The position numbers and the translations under genes were made by a program. The notes under the pieces were generated by a model. It was given only the letters and a program-made list of their open reading frames with translations. It did no database searches and was not told where the DNA came from. Positions 57,601 to 64,000 of a DNA stretch of 64,000 bases are shown here, piece by piece; the first letter of the stretch is position 1, and every line of letters begins with the position of its first letter. This DNA comes from an uncultured virus (IMG/VR IMGVR_UViG_2558860259_000003) (Duplodnaviria; Heunggongvirae; Uroviricota; Caudoviricetes): IMG/VR virus record IMGVR_UViG_2558860259_000003, one strand, 5' to 3'.

Positions 57601-59078
57601 CACTGCATTCCTGGTCGATAAACCAAGATGGTTTTAAAGCGGTTACTGACTCTTTTAAAGGACTCAACAAGGCACTAAAAAAGGATGGTTCTTTGATTGA
57701 TATGATGTTCGCTGGCGCAACATTTGGTGGTGGATATTCCAATGTTTACGATCCAGGTGGAACAGCAAGTTCAATTCGTGGTGTGTTGCGGCGCAAAGGG
57801 TATACGGATAGTCAAATTAGAGAACACGAATCCTCTATTGTGCGTAACAGCAAAGAGGCAATGGATAAAATTGGCGCTGCGCTACAAAAATATCGGGGTG
57901 TTAGTGAGGCAGTTGAGAACGCCAACCGTGTTGCAACCTATAATGCTGCTATTGAGGCAGGGAAAGGCAAGGCACAAGCGGCCTTTGAATCTCGTGATCT
58001 GATGGACTTCAACATGATGGGAGCCAGCAAGATCATGATTAATCTCTCTGACATGCTGCCGTTCTTCAATGCTCGCATGCAAGGGTTGAGCAAGTTGGGG
58101 CGTGCGATTAAGGACGATCCTGTGGGGGTAATGAAGCGCGGTGGCATGATTACAGCTGCATCCCTGGCACTGCTGGCCATGAACTGGGATGATAAGCGTT
58201 ACGAAGAGTTGCCGGACTGGGATAAGGACACCTACTGGCATTTCTTCTTGGGAGATCTGCATGTTCGGCTGCCTAAACCATTTGAGATCGGCTTGATATA
58301 CGGCACGATGCCGGAACGCTTTGCCCGCGCACTAGGAGGGCAGGATACACCGGGAAAATTTGGCAAACTGATGGCGCACAACTTCATGGCAACAATGGCG
58401 TTTAACCCCATCCCGCAGGTGGCGTTACCGATTGCTGAAGCCTATGTGAATTATGATTTCTTCAAAGGTGGCCCGATTGAGAACATGGCCGATAGCAACC
58501 TTATCGCCAGTGCCAGATTCAACGAGCAAACCAGTTTGCTAATGCGTGAGATCGGCCAAACTACAGGTTTATCTCCGAAGATGCTGGATCACATTGTGCA
58601 GGGATACACTGGCAGCCTAGGGGCGTATGTCATGGGGGCGTCCAACATCCTTGTGCTAGGGATGCAGGATAATGGTGAAACGCCAAGTATGCGTTTGGAT
58701 GAAATGCCGGTAATTAAGGCTCTGGTGCGTGGGTATGGTGATGATCCGGCTAAATCCACTCAGTTCTCAGAGGATTTCTATCGGCTGATGGAACAGGTCA
58801 ACCAGATTAACAGCACCATTAACTCTTACAAGAAGCAGGGCCGCACAGAAGAGGCCCAGCAGTTGAAGGAGGAACACAAGGATAAGCTGGCACAGCGGAA
58901 GAGAATGACAGCGACGCAGACGCAGTTGCGGCAGTTGAATAACCAGATCGAATTGGTGCGACTTGATCGTACTCTAACAGCAGAGCAGAAGAGAGAAAGG
59001 ATTGACCGCTTCATGGCTAAGCGAAATACGCTTACTCAGCAAGCAGTTGAAAGGATTAATCCGTATTTTAATAAATAA
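51633..59078 (+). CDS. Giant polyvalent virion/ejected protein (LPD-type domains, zincin-like motifs, LPD38-like C-terminus)
   Basis: 2481 aa; FRGVQFGNYV, LGLAFGARG, GSLAHEWFHALDNY, RHEILAHHGL, YEELPDWDKDTYWHF..RLPKPFEIG. Confidence 0.8.
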   Translation: MANDPQQQRPEEQIQNANRESLNIRQPGETTHTGFDWEQVRKAREAAGRKTVVNDPSIGAGDVMRAVSSAPFEMIKSSAQLFEAGNEFLDRKAADYRSGEKKPLIDIKVDPAMLQVMRDNSGNVLSEAGSATINHAGKLAGAATEAIQSGYSEGAKQAAAMPFVVEDKEKNFHLGSGFFDKDAWLMNAIPTVTQILVAGGTSKLGSAATRNVVEKAMFNRLSQKLPEEAARQMAKETAELAAARAGKTAFVGAMTASAQGSGGNDMREQINILPFHDLIESPTFQKAFNSIDTNPANANLSDTQKLTLARSQVADQAASAVTADPKMLMLNLAASTLGDHTLFRMMTQRGVASGLLPRATGMGTRGVLGAAAEGITEYGQGSGLRYTQNQELIGKAAQKIDPMKDVLLTGFNQAVVGMGIGGAIGAGSGVRGRRSAPEQQPPVTTPDINAQQDASPQPTPGQFANEEAAGAAATRVDNFRDIPAYLRQDPRIQGFAEDNEVQQALAEQQVSPTAEELIQQQIEAGDQGFTPEELAAQERADQAREELIPRLPAPGQTSVIAMPGEIANVNVDEVQAGTGPQFSGGERVRGQEFIPRENQPSSEVGRANQTYDGEVVPTNAIEDRNIIFTDGPTHNTDEIQSGEPPAFTRGETRNQRNLREYANAVGANNQSGTLPDGRHHVNGTPVDAQTEAYAKGQLPGELMFMSSGRPFPSEHYANVSRWGKTPGSSIEPVEGGFAVRMPPKEVTATPQVDNSAGELIVSASGKPFASERAAGASRWGKTPGAAVEPVEGGFGVRMPIDKSGQTEATQLTVNPRQPEVQNRQMTTPEETNRIDDFGEEIKGAAKHKWGKFSEAMEQQTTDEQYRTEPLSKLFPQPDYSKMSTDGVSHDKLAMIAILRAQIPATKPKHLLQRWVDSTHAMKTLSSQVLNGQVTIDELRQRMSSGALAGMKNTHDLIASLPPEQMASASKYRVSHSSYSVYDGKRYPNGHAVYELETAKGASVRGVADTDKATFMEKARAYIEQESGRAPAPKQTDLGIYANRLTRDVYIGYKGASGVTNVKGGFKDPRAARDYLKENRAELEAQIAKQREQARAEQRRESNERRIGELRRTSDVTPEKFDNEFGFRGVQFGNYVEPGRRQAELNDAYDSLMDMADIIGVPARAISLNGELGLAFGARGRGGPNSVKAHYEPGEAVINLTKSKGAGSLAHEWFHALDNYFGQADVGGGRGNTFATSRHRQRMQVKNGKVVVAEHPVRKEVWDAFQGVKKAINESGMVARAQRLDELRSKPYWSTDLEMAARAYERYILERAEAKGISNDYLVNLKKSYEHANPETYAYPTEAELNSGVRAAFDTLFKTLKTKPTEKGIALYSRDGADIGDGNIITEGSFDVEGGKPEKGMTKVYAQRVADYWVRRLNGAAKIKVEVVQTQTEAADMMPNGIPKEFGTVHAIYQPELSRVIVVADNIADGTQLRAKLRHEILAHHGLASVIGDVEYDRIIRVLHQTRDSKNADIQNVWKQVKKSYGNESAEVQANEFLAHMAERSELTGLGAVWDRVVSTITNAFRKMGFFNPGDITPAEIRNILRSIAGRFKRTAMYEGEQPGTREFDNTFSRTDALYSRAPTMDEITNHKMGFNVERGKVDKAKDFFGQMRSKNKDELKSWLHEIGRRLNTKTFDGMAPLKYAEDAAGKSDARSSAYVGARMAAGAGSVTAATLEHGLPKYNKAEGVIERQANTGKEDSLIGILDGLGNHRENFLKWIAGHRSERLMAEGKENNFTADEIVYMKELNKGNEVLFDAQKKKYDAFIKSILDLQQDMGLIDPTSRANWESAWYLPYYREAENGEVRGPWTSRGIANQSSTVRRLKGSELTIKDPIENLFNYVAKSIDASMKNEAMRRAVVNLADTGVLEVIDSPNKLDFERIGKDVVKVFTNGNEQLVKVVDPELYRAFTMIDLERSNSAFMKAARQAKRVLTIGTTSMPDFIVRNFIRDSLHSWSINQDGFKAVTDSFKGLNKALKKDGSLIDMMFAGATFGGGYSNVYDPGGTASSIRGVLRRKGYTDSQIREHESSIVRNSKEAMDKIGAALQKYRGVSEAVENANRVATYNAAIEAGKGKAQAAFESRDLMDFNMMGASKIMINLSDMLPFFNARMQGLSKLGRAIKDDPVGVMKRGGMITAASLALLAMNWDDKRYEELPDWDKDTYWHFFLGDLHVRLPKPFEIGLIYGTMPERFARALGGQDTPGKFGKLMAHNFMATMAFNPIPQVALPIAEAYVNYDFFKGGPIENMADSNLIASARFNEQTSLLMREIGQTTGLSPKMLDHIVQGYTGSLGAYVMGASNILVLGMQDNGETPSMRLDEMPVIKALVRGYGDDPAKSTQFSEDFYRLMEQVNQINSTINSYKKQGRTEEAQQLKEEHKDKLAQRKRMTATQTQLRQLNNQIELVRLDRTLTAEQKRERIDRFMAKRNTLTQQAVERINPYFNK

Positions 59079-59085
59079 AAAACAC

Positions 59086-59316
59086 CTATTTATTTCCGAT
59101 ATGAGATTGCACCTCTTTAATAGCAAGTGACAAGATAAGGGATTTTTTCTTGTCGTCTTTAATTTCGGAAAATGTTAGATCATCAACCAAACACTCAATA
59201 ATTGTGTAGGTATTCACTTCCACACCTTTATTAAAGATACGGCGGGCTGCATCGGCAACTAAATCAGCAGCGGCATCATGAATGATGTCCTTAATAACTT
59301 TTTCTGACATGTCCAT
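59086..59316 (-). CDS. Small hypothetical protein (moron)
   Basis: 76-aa ORF with AGGG RBS, convergent on the giant gene. Confidence 0.55.
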   Translation of the reverse strand: MDMSEKVIKDIIHDAAADLVADAARRIFNKGVEVNTYTIIECLVDDLTFSEIKDDKKKSLILSLAIKEVQSHIGNK

Positions 59317-59386
59317 TGTATATTTCCCTATGGCTGAGTTTTAGCCACCTTATCCCTATGCCATTAATGTGGCAAGTGTGGCACTC

Positions 59387-59599
59387 CTATTTTAACCACT
59401 GACGGATCATGACAAACACCGTCAAAGCGGCGATGAAACAGACTATGCCCAGGGCGATGCTGGTGCCGCTATCCAGAGCCATGCGGCCCTTCTTTGCAAG
59501 CAGATAGGCCACAATGATGAAGGGGATGCAAAGTGCCGGATGGATCAGCACCATGACGGCGGCTAGGATGAGGCAGGTGATGAAGATTGTTGATGTCAT
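59387..59599 (-). CDS. Small membrane protein
   Basis: GGAAGG RBS, strongly hydrophobic. Confidence 0.55.
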   Translation of the reverse strand: MTSTIFITCLILAAVMVLIHPALCIPFIIVAYLLAKKGRMALDSGTSIALGIVCFIAALTVFVMIRQWLK

Positions 59600-59753
59600 T
59601 TTCCCTTCCGAAATTTCCACGAGGTTTCACGAATAAAGCAGGTAACTATATGATCTTAAAGGGCCGTAATGCGGCGCTTTGTGGCGTGTTTTATAGCCAA
59701 AAAATCACATAACTACTTGATTTAAAATAATAAAATTGAAATTTCACGGCTAA

Positions 59754-59782
59754 AGGAATCGTATTCGGTCTTTTTTTATCTT
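59754..59782 (+). repeat. attR core (also the left boundary of the second remnant)
   Basis: Identical to 555-583. Confidence 0.9.
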
Positions 59783-59846
59783 GTTGTTTTATAAGCATAA
59801 AAAATCGCACTCCACGAAAATACACGAAAACCTATATCCGGTCTTT

Positions 59847-60272
59847 TTAAACAAGCACGTATTCCTTCCCTCTTGGGTCGAGGTATTTCTTGGTCATGAC
59901 TGCTGATTTATGCCCCAGCAGACGCTGTGCAAACTCCTCTCCTTTCTCAACGCTATATAACCTCGATGCAAGGCTACGGATCTCGTGAAACGTTGGTGGG
60001 TTTTCTTCAAACTCCAATCCCGAAGCTTTTCGTGCTGCAACAAATTTTTTCGTCAACCCATCTGGGTGCAAAGAGCCATCTGGGCTATTTTTCCTGATAC
60101 CGGCACTAATCATGAAATTTGTTGTACTGGCCAACCGGCAGCGATCAATAACCGTTCCCAGTCTTAGCTTTACTGCATGTAATTCCAGGTTCAATGGTAC
60201 CGCAATCATCGCCCCAGTTTTCCCCTGATTTATTTGCAAACGTCCATCTACGATATGATCGAAACGAATAAC
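59847..60272 (-). pseudogene. Truncated integrase (C-terminal third)
   Basis: IRFDHIVDGRLQINQGKTG..FHEIRSLASRLY..LLGHKS; N-terminus deleted. Confidence 0.9.
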
Positions 60273-60670
60273 GTTTCAGTGCTGCTGGATAACTACCCGC
60301 GTGCGTTTGATGCAATTGCGATGGCATATACCCGTGAACTGATGGCGTTACGCGAAAAAAACTGACAGCGGTTGCCTCGGCATTCTATACGCCTGATCCC
60401 TCCGAAGAAGAACTCGCCACATTCGAGTTAACGCTTGAGGATGTGGAGCCAGATCCAGTGGAGGTCTGGCCCTGTGTCTGGCCCACTTTTCAGGTTTTCC
60501 GATCTCTGGCGACCCAGTGGCGTACCGGCATGAGCGGGGTAACCGGGTTGGATTACAACTGCCTGCCCTGGCTGATGAAGTTGCACGGCGTAGAGGATGA
60601 GGCAACCGCGTTATTGGATATCAGAATTATGGAATCAGTCGCACTGACTTTAATTCACCATAATCAATAA
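60267..60670 (+). pseudogene. Tail assembly chaperone G/GT fragments with slippery site
   Basis: VLLDNYPRAFDAIAMAYTRELMALREKN* with GAAAAAAAC at 60354-60362, then DUF1799-like VEVWPCVWPTF..TQWRTGMSG.TGLDY. Confidence 0.78.
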
Positions 60671-60757
60671 GAAATGCGCTTCACTTATTTTGTATAATAG
60701 GCATGGCTTATGGTTATGCTATGCCTATTATAAATTAATTATAGATAGTAGATGCTA

Positions 60758-61024
60758 TTAGGCTGTCCAAGTACCGTATCTGCATCCTTGACTTAGTAAA
60801 CCACTCTCGTAAATCGTTTCGGAGGATTTAAGTACACCGTTCTGATATGTGTCTTTTCGATAAACACATCTCACGGAAATATAGGCTGGGCTTGGTATTG
60901 CTGTGATGAATGTATATTTTATTATGTTATTTGAAACTCCAAATTTCACCGCTTTTACCGGTGTAGATACTGAAGCCAAAACAAGTAAAGCCGCAACTAA
61001 TGATGGTATTTTTTTTATGGTCAT
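60758..61024 (-). CDS. Small secreted protein (moron)
   Basis: GAGG RBS, signal peptide MTIKKIPSLVAALLVLASVSTPVKA, two Cys, AT-rich. Confidence 0.6.
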   Translation of the reverse strand: MTIKKIPSLVAALLVLASVSTPVKAVKFGVSNNIIKYTFITAIPSPAYISVRCVYRKDTYQNGVLKSSETIYESGLLSQGCRYGTWTA

Positions 61025-61256
61025 AGACGCCTCAGAGGTTAGGTTGTTTATTGCACTGCAAATAATGCCTATTGGCGACGCAGCACTACTTAATATCATT
61101 GAGTTAAAAACAAGGAGTCAACGGAATGCTTCATAAATGGAGTTATCTTAATATATTAAGGTTTAATTCTTAGTGATGCTTCATTGGTCTGCTCAGTAAA
61201 TTACCTTATGAAATGTCTCACATTTTTGATAAATGCACACTTTTCTGGAGCAAGGC

Positions 61257-61622
61257 ATGGCAGATATTGCATCGATCTCCCTGCGCGTCGATACCGACGA
61301 ACTACAGCGGGGTAATAACGAGCTGGATAGATTCCAGCAAAAGGCCACAGGCGCGGCTGGTGCGGCGGATGGTTTTAACGCATCGGGAAGGGCGACAATA
61401 AAGGTTTCCCAAGAGATAGTCCAAGCGGTGGCGGATACACACCGTCGAGTTTCGGAATACACTGCTGGGTTAAATAAAACGCAGTCTGAGGCAAAGAGCA
61501 ATGCTCAGGCCACTGCGCAACAGAGACGAGAATTACGTGATTTACTGACGCAGATAAACCCGGTTGCTGCTGCGTTTGAAAGACTCGATAACCCAGTGTG
61601 GGTGTTCTACGGTACCCGCTGA
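61257..61622 (+). pseudogene. Tape measure protein N-terminal fragment
   Basis: MADIASISLRVDTDELQRG..LDRF; LLTQINPVAAAFERLD, then abruptly truncated. Confidence 0.75.
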
Positions 61623-62540
61623 CTAAAGTCGGTATCTTGGTTGTTTATAAAAGTGGCATTGATCCCGATGGGTACACACAACTCTATTACCCATCAGCAA
61701 CGAGTAGTAACGAGCTATACCGCCGCAATTTCTACGCAGGTAACTGGTACACGTGGAATTTTTATGGCGATGCATCACAAGCTGGGTCAAACAACTTTAC
61801 TGGCGTAAACGCATTCACGCTACAACCATATGCCCGCGCAGGATACCGAGCAAACAGCTTTGGTGTAACGACAAGTGCTGGCTACGGCTGATGGAAATTC
61901 CACTACAGCGACAGCAAAAATACTGCGGCACAGCGATAGATTGGAAGTCAACGCGATGACAAAACCGTTGGTGCTGATGGGCGACTCGAATGTGTCCGGG
62001 GGCGTGAGCGGTGTAAAAGTTCGCGTCGGCACGACAAACCACTCTGTTTATCACGCTGGGAATACCGCTGTTGACGCGAACGGATTTATCAAAATCGCGA
62101 GTCCGATAGTCCGGCTGTTTGGTAACGCCACTAGTGTGCTGAATGCAGAAAGTGAGGGGGTGACAACCGAGCGCATCACGACTGCCGTTTACCGGGTTTC
62201 CGGCCTTCTGGGCTTCAATGGCGACGGCGCGTGGGGTGGTGCCGGAAACGGCATAGAAATCCCGCTTGATGAGAACAAACGCGGCCTTGTGTGGGTGGTG
62301 CCTAAAGTCTTGCCAGATGGCGGCATTGAAATCCGCACGTATCACCGAACATACGATACTGGCCCATACTCAACGCGAAACATCGAGTGCATGGATAGCG
62401 GTGCCGTTGATAAAAATGGCAACGCCGTGTTTGTACCGATACCAGACAGTACACCGGTTGATATCCCTGTTGGCCGGAGGGTTGATTTGCGTGTTGAAAT
62501 GCCAGTAGCTGATAAACCCGATAATGCGGTAGAGGAGTAA
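61598..62540 (+). pseudogene. Tail fibre C-terminal fragments
   Basis: GILVV..TQLYYP..YRRNFYAGNWYTW, then VDANGFIKIASPIVRLF..PVDIPVGRRVDLRVEMP in a second frame. Confidence 0.75.
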
Positions 62541-62580
62541 GAGGGCCGGGATTTTGAACTGACCCCATAAAGTTGGACGA

Positions 62581-63471
62581 CTAACTCTGAGTCCGATATT
62601 GTACCGGGCTCAGAGCGCCAAGTTTCATCTTTATCCTGTCATGATTGTAGTAATGAATATAGCTGTGTATTTCCCTTGTTAAATCAGTTATATCAACAAA
62701 CTGTTTTCCATGAAAGCACTCTGTTTTCAGTATCCCAAAGAAATTTTCAATTACCGCGTTGTCCAGACAATTTCCTTTTCGGGACATACTTTGAGTAATT
62801 CCATTTTTTTTAAGATTTTCTTGAAATGGTATCATCTGATACTGCCAGCCTTGATCTGAGTGAAGGATCGGCTTTTCGCAAGTATTTAGTTTTTCAATGG
62901 CTTTGCCAAGCATCTTATCAACCATTTTCAAATTTGGGATATCACCCAATTCATAGGAGATTATTTCACTGTTATATAGGTCAAGAATGGGAGATAAATA
63001 TAGTTTTTTCCCATTGATATTGAATTCTGTGACATCAGTTACCCATTTCTGGTTGGGAGCTGAAGCCTGGAAACAGCGCTGGATATGGTTCGGAACACCT
63101 TTTCCATGTACTCCTTTGTAGGACTGGTATTTTTTCCTTCTAACAAATGAAGCGATATTGAGCTCGTGCATCAATCGTTGGATCGTCTTATGATTTATCC
63201 AATAGCCTAATTTACGGGCTGTTGCGGTAATTCTACGATACCCGTACCTACCTTTATGTTTATGAAATATATCTAAAATAATCTTCTTTTCTTCCGTGTA
63301 AGGCTGAGGCCTTTCACTAATTTGTAGTTGATAATAGAACGTACTTCTCGGTAACCCAACCACCAGAAGTAATAAGCGTAGTGCATGATATGGCCTTAAT
63401 TCATTTACGATTTTTGCTTTTTCTTTTGCATCAATTCGTTTTCTTGCTGAATTAAGGCCTGTAATTTTTTT
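62581..63471 (-). CDS. IS3 transposase OrfB (DDE), reached by -1 frameshift
   Basis: YGYRRI, KWVTDVTE, HSDQGWQY, SRKGNCLDNAVIENFFG; frame is open back to the A7 slippery run at 63465-63471. Confidence 0.9.
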   Translation of the reverse strand, partial: KKITGLNSARKRIDAKEKAKIVNELRPYHALRLLLLVVGLPRSTFYYQLQISERPQPYTEEKKIILDIFHKHKGRYGYRRITATARKLGYWINHKTIQRLMHELNIASFVRRKKYQSYKGVHGKGVPNHIQRCFQASAPNQKWVTDVTEFNINGKKLYLSPILDLYNSEIISYELGDIPNLKMVDKMLGKAIEKLNTCEKPILHSDQGWQYQMIPFQENLKKNGITQSMSRKGNCLDNAVIENFFGILKTECFHGKQFVDITDLTREIHSYIHYYNHDRIKMKLGALSPVQYRTQS

Positions 63472-63929
63472 AGGTAAGCATTCTCTGCGCGAAGATATTC
63501 CAGTTCTTCCTGTTCGGAACTGAAGGATGACGATTGTGTGCTTGGCAGTTTGGGTGTGATTTTGATGGTTTTTATCATCGGCGGTCGCTCCTTTCGGTTT
63601 CCTTGCAATGCATCTATCCCGCCACTGTTATACAACTTTTCCCACTTTGAAGCAGTAGGTGGAGCAATTTTATACTTGGCAGCAACCTGTCGCGATGATA
63701 GATGATTCTCCCACATATCAAGAACAATAGCCTCCTTCGAGGCGGCAGAAAAACGATGATACGACGTCTCAAAACCATCATGGCCATGAGCCTTATAAAC
63801 CTCAGCCCACTTACGGACAGTACCATGATCGATCTTGAATCTCTTTGCCGTCAAGTCTGCTCCCTCGATTCGTGAAAGGTAGTGCTTAGCGACTTGCACC
63901 TTGAATTTTACGGAATATTTTCTTCGCAT
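63405..63929 (-). CDS. IS3 transposase OrfA (HTH)
   Basis: RKYSVKFKVQV, ELEYLRAENAYLKKL. Confidence 0.9.
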   Translation of the reverse strand: MRRKYSVKFKVQVAKHYLSRIEGADLTAKRFKIDHGTVRKWAEVYKAHGHDGFETSYHRFSAASKEAIVLDMWENHLSSRQVAAKYKIAPPTASKWEKLYNSGGIDALQGNRKERPPMIKTIKITPKLPSTQSSSFSSEQEELEYLRAENAYLKKLQALIQQENELMQKKKQKS

Positions 63930-64000
63930 GAAAATCTGCACCCTGTGGATTTATTGTCCAACTTTAAGGGTGCAGTTCAATTTCTCCCGGCCATTTGTCA

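Larger units (their letters stand above)
555..59782. mobile_element. Temperate prophage, lambdoid early region with podovirus-like (933W-type) virion module
   Basis: att direct repeats, int/xis, cI/cro, replication, lysis, terminase, portal and capsid genes in canonical order; no tape measure or sheath gene. Confidence 0.93.
59754..62554. mobile_element. Degenerate second prophage (long-tailed) at the same att site; may extend beyond the IS and the window
   Basis: Integrase 3' fragment, tail assembly chaperones, tape-measure and tail-fibre fragments. Confidence 0.8.
62555..63979 (-). mobile_element. IS3-family (IS150-like) insertion sequence
   Basis: Imperfect IRs TGAACTGACCCCATAAAGTTGGAC / GTCCAACTTTAAGGGTGCAGTTCA; 4-bp ATTT duplication; orfA/orfB. 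Confidence 0.93.

Overview
Enterobacterales chromosome segment almost entirely filled by a ~59.2-kb temperate prophage (555..59782). It is integrated into the 3' terminator of the host sRNA SdsR/RyeB downstream of yebY and is bounded by a 29-bp direct repeat (AGGAATCGTATTCGGTCTTTTTTTATCTT). The early region is lambdoid: int/xis, a long leftward accessory operon with YqaJ exonuclease and Bet, an N-like gene, cI/cro, replication genes with iterons, RdgC, four DNA methyltransferases and a Q-like gene. A lysis cassette follows, then a podovirus-type morphogenesis region like that of 933W-type phages (terminase, portal, scaffold, N4-gp56-like capsid, tail fibre, ejection proteins, a 2481-aa polyvalent protein). 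After attR lies a heavily deleted second, long-tailed prophage remnant at the same att site, and an IS3-family element. The most notable signal is non-coding. An identical 15-mer, AGGACTGACCAATGA, forms the ribosome-binding site and start codon of 7 early genes (plus one 1-mismatch copy), including the N-like, CII-position and Q-like regulators. Its reverse complement sits between two hairpins in the short leader RNA of a late promoter. This suggests a phage-encoded antisense sRNA that silences a whole translational regulon (inference, untested). Other notable points: three near-identical late promoters, a candidate dual nucleotide-sponge (Gp49/Acb4-like fused to crAss001_48/Sequestin-like), a tRNA-like structured RNA in the pL leader, and four single-base frameshifts that may be sequencing errors or early decay. 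All product calls rest on motif recognition and synteny; no database searches were run.
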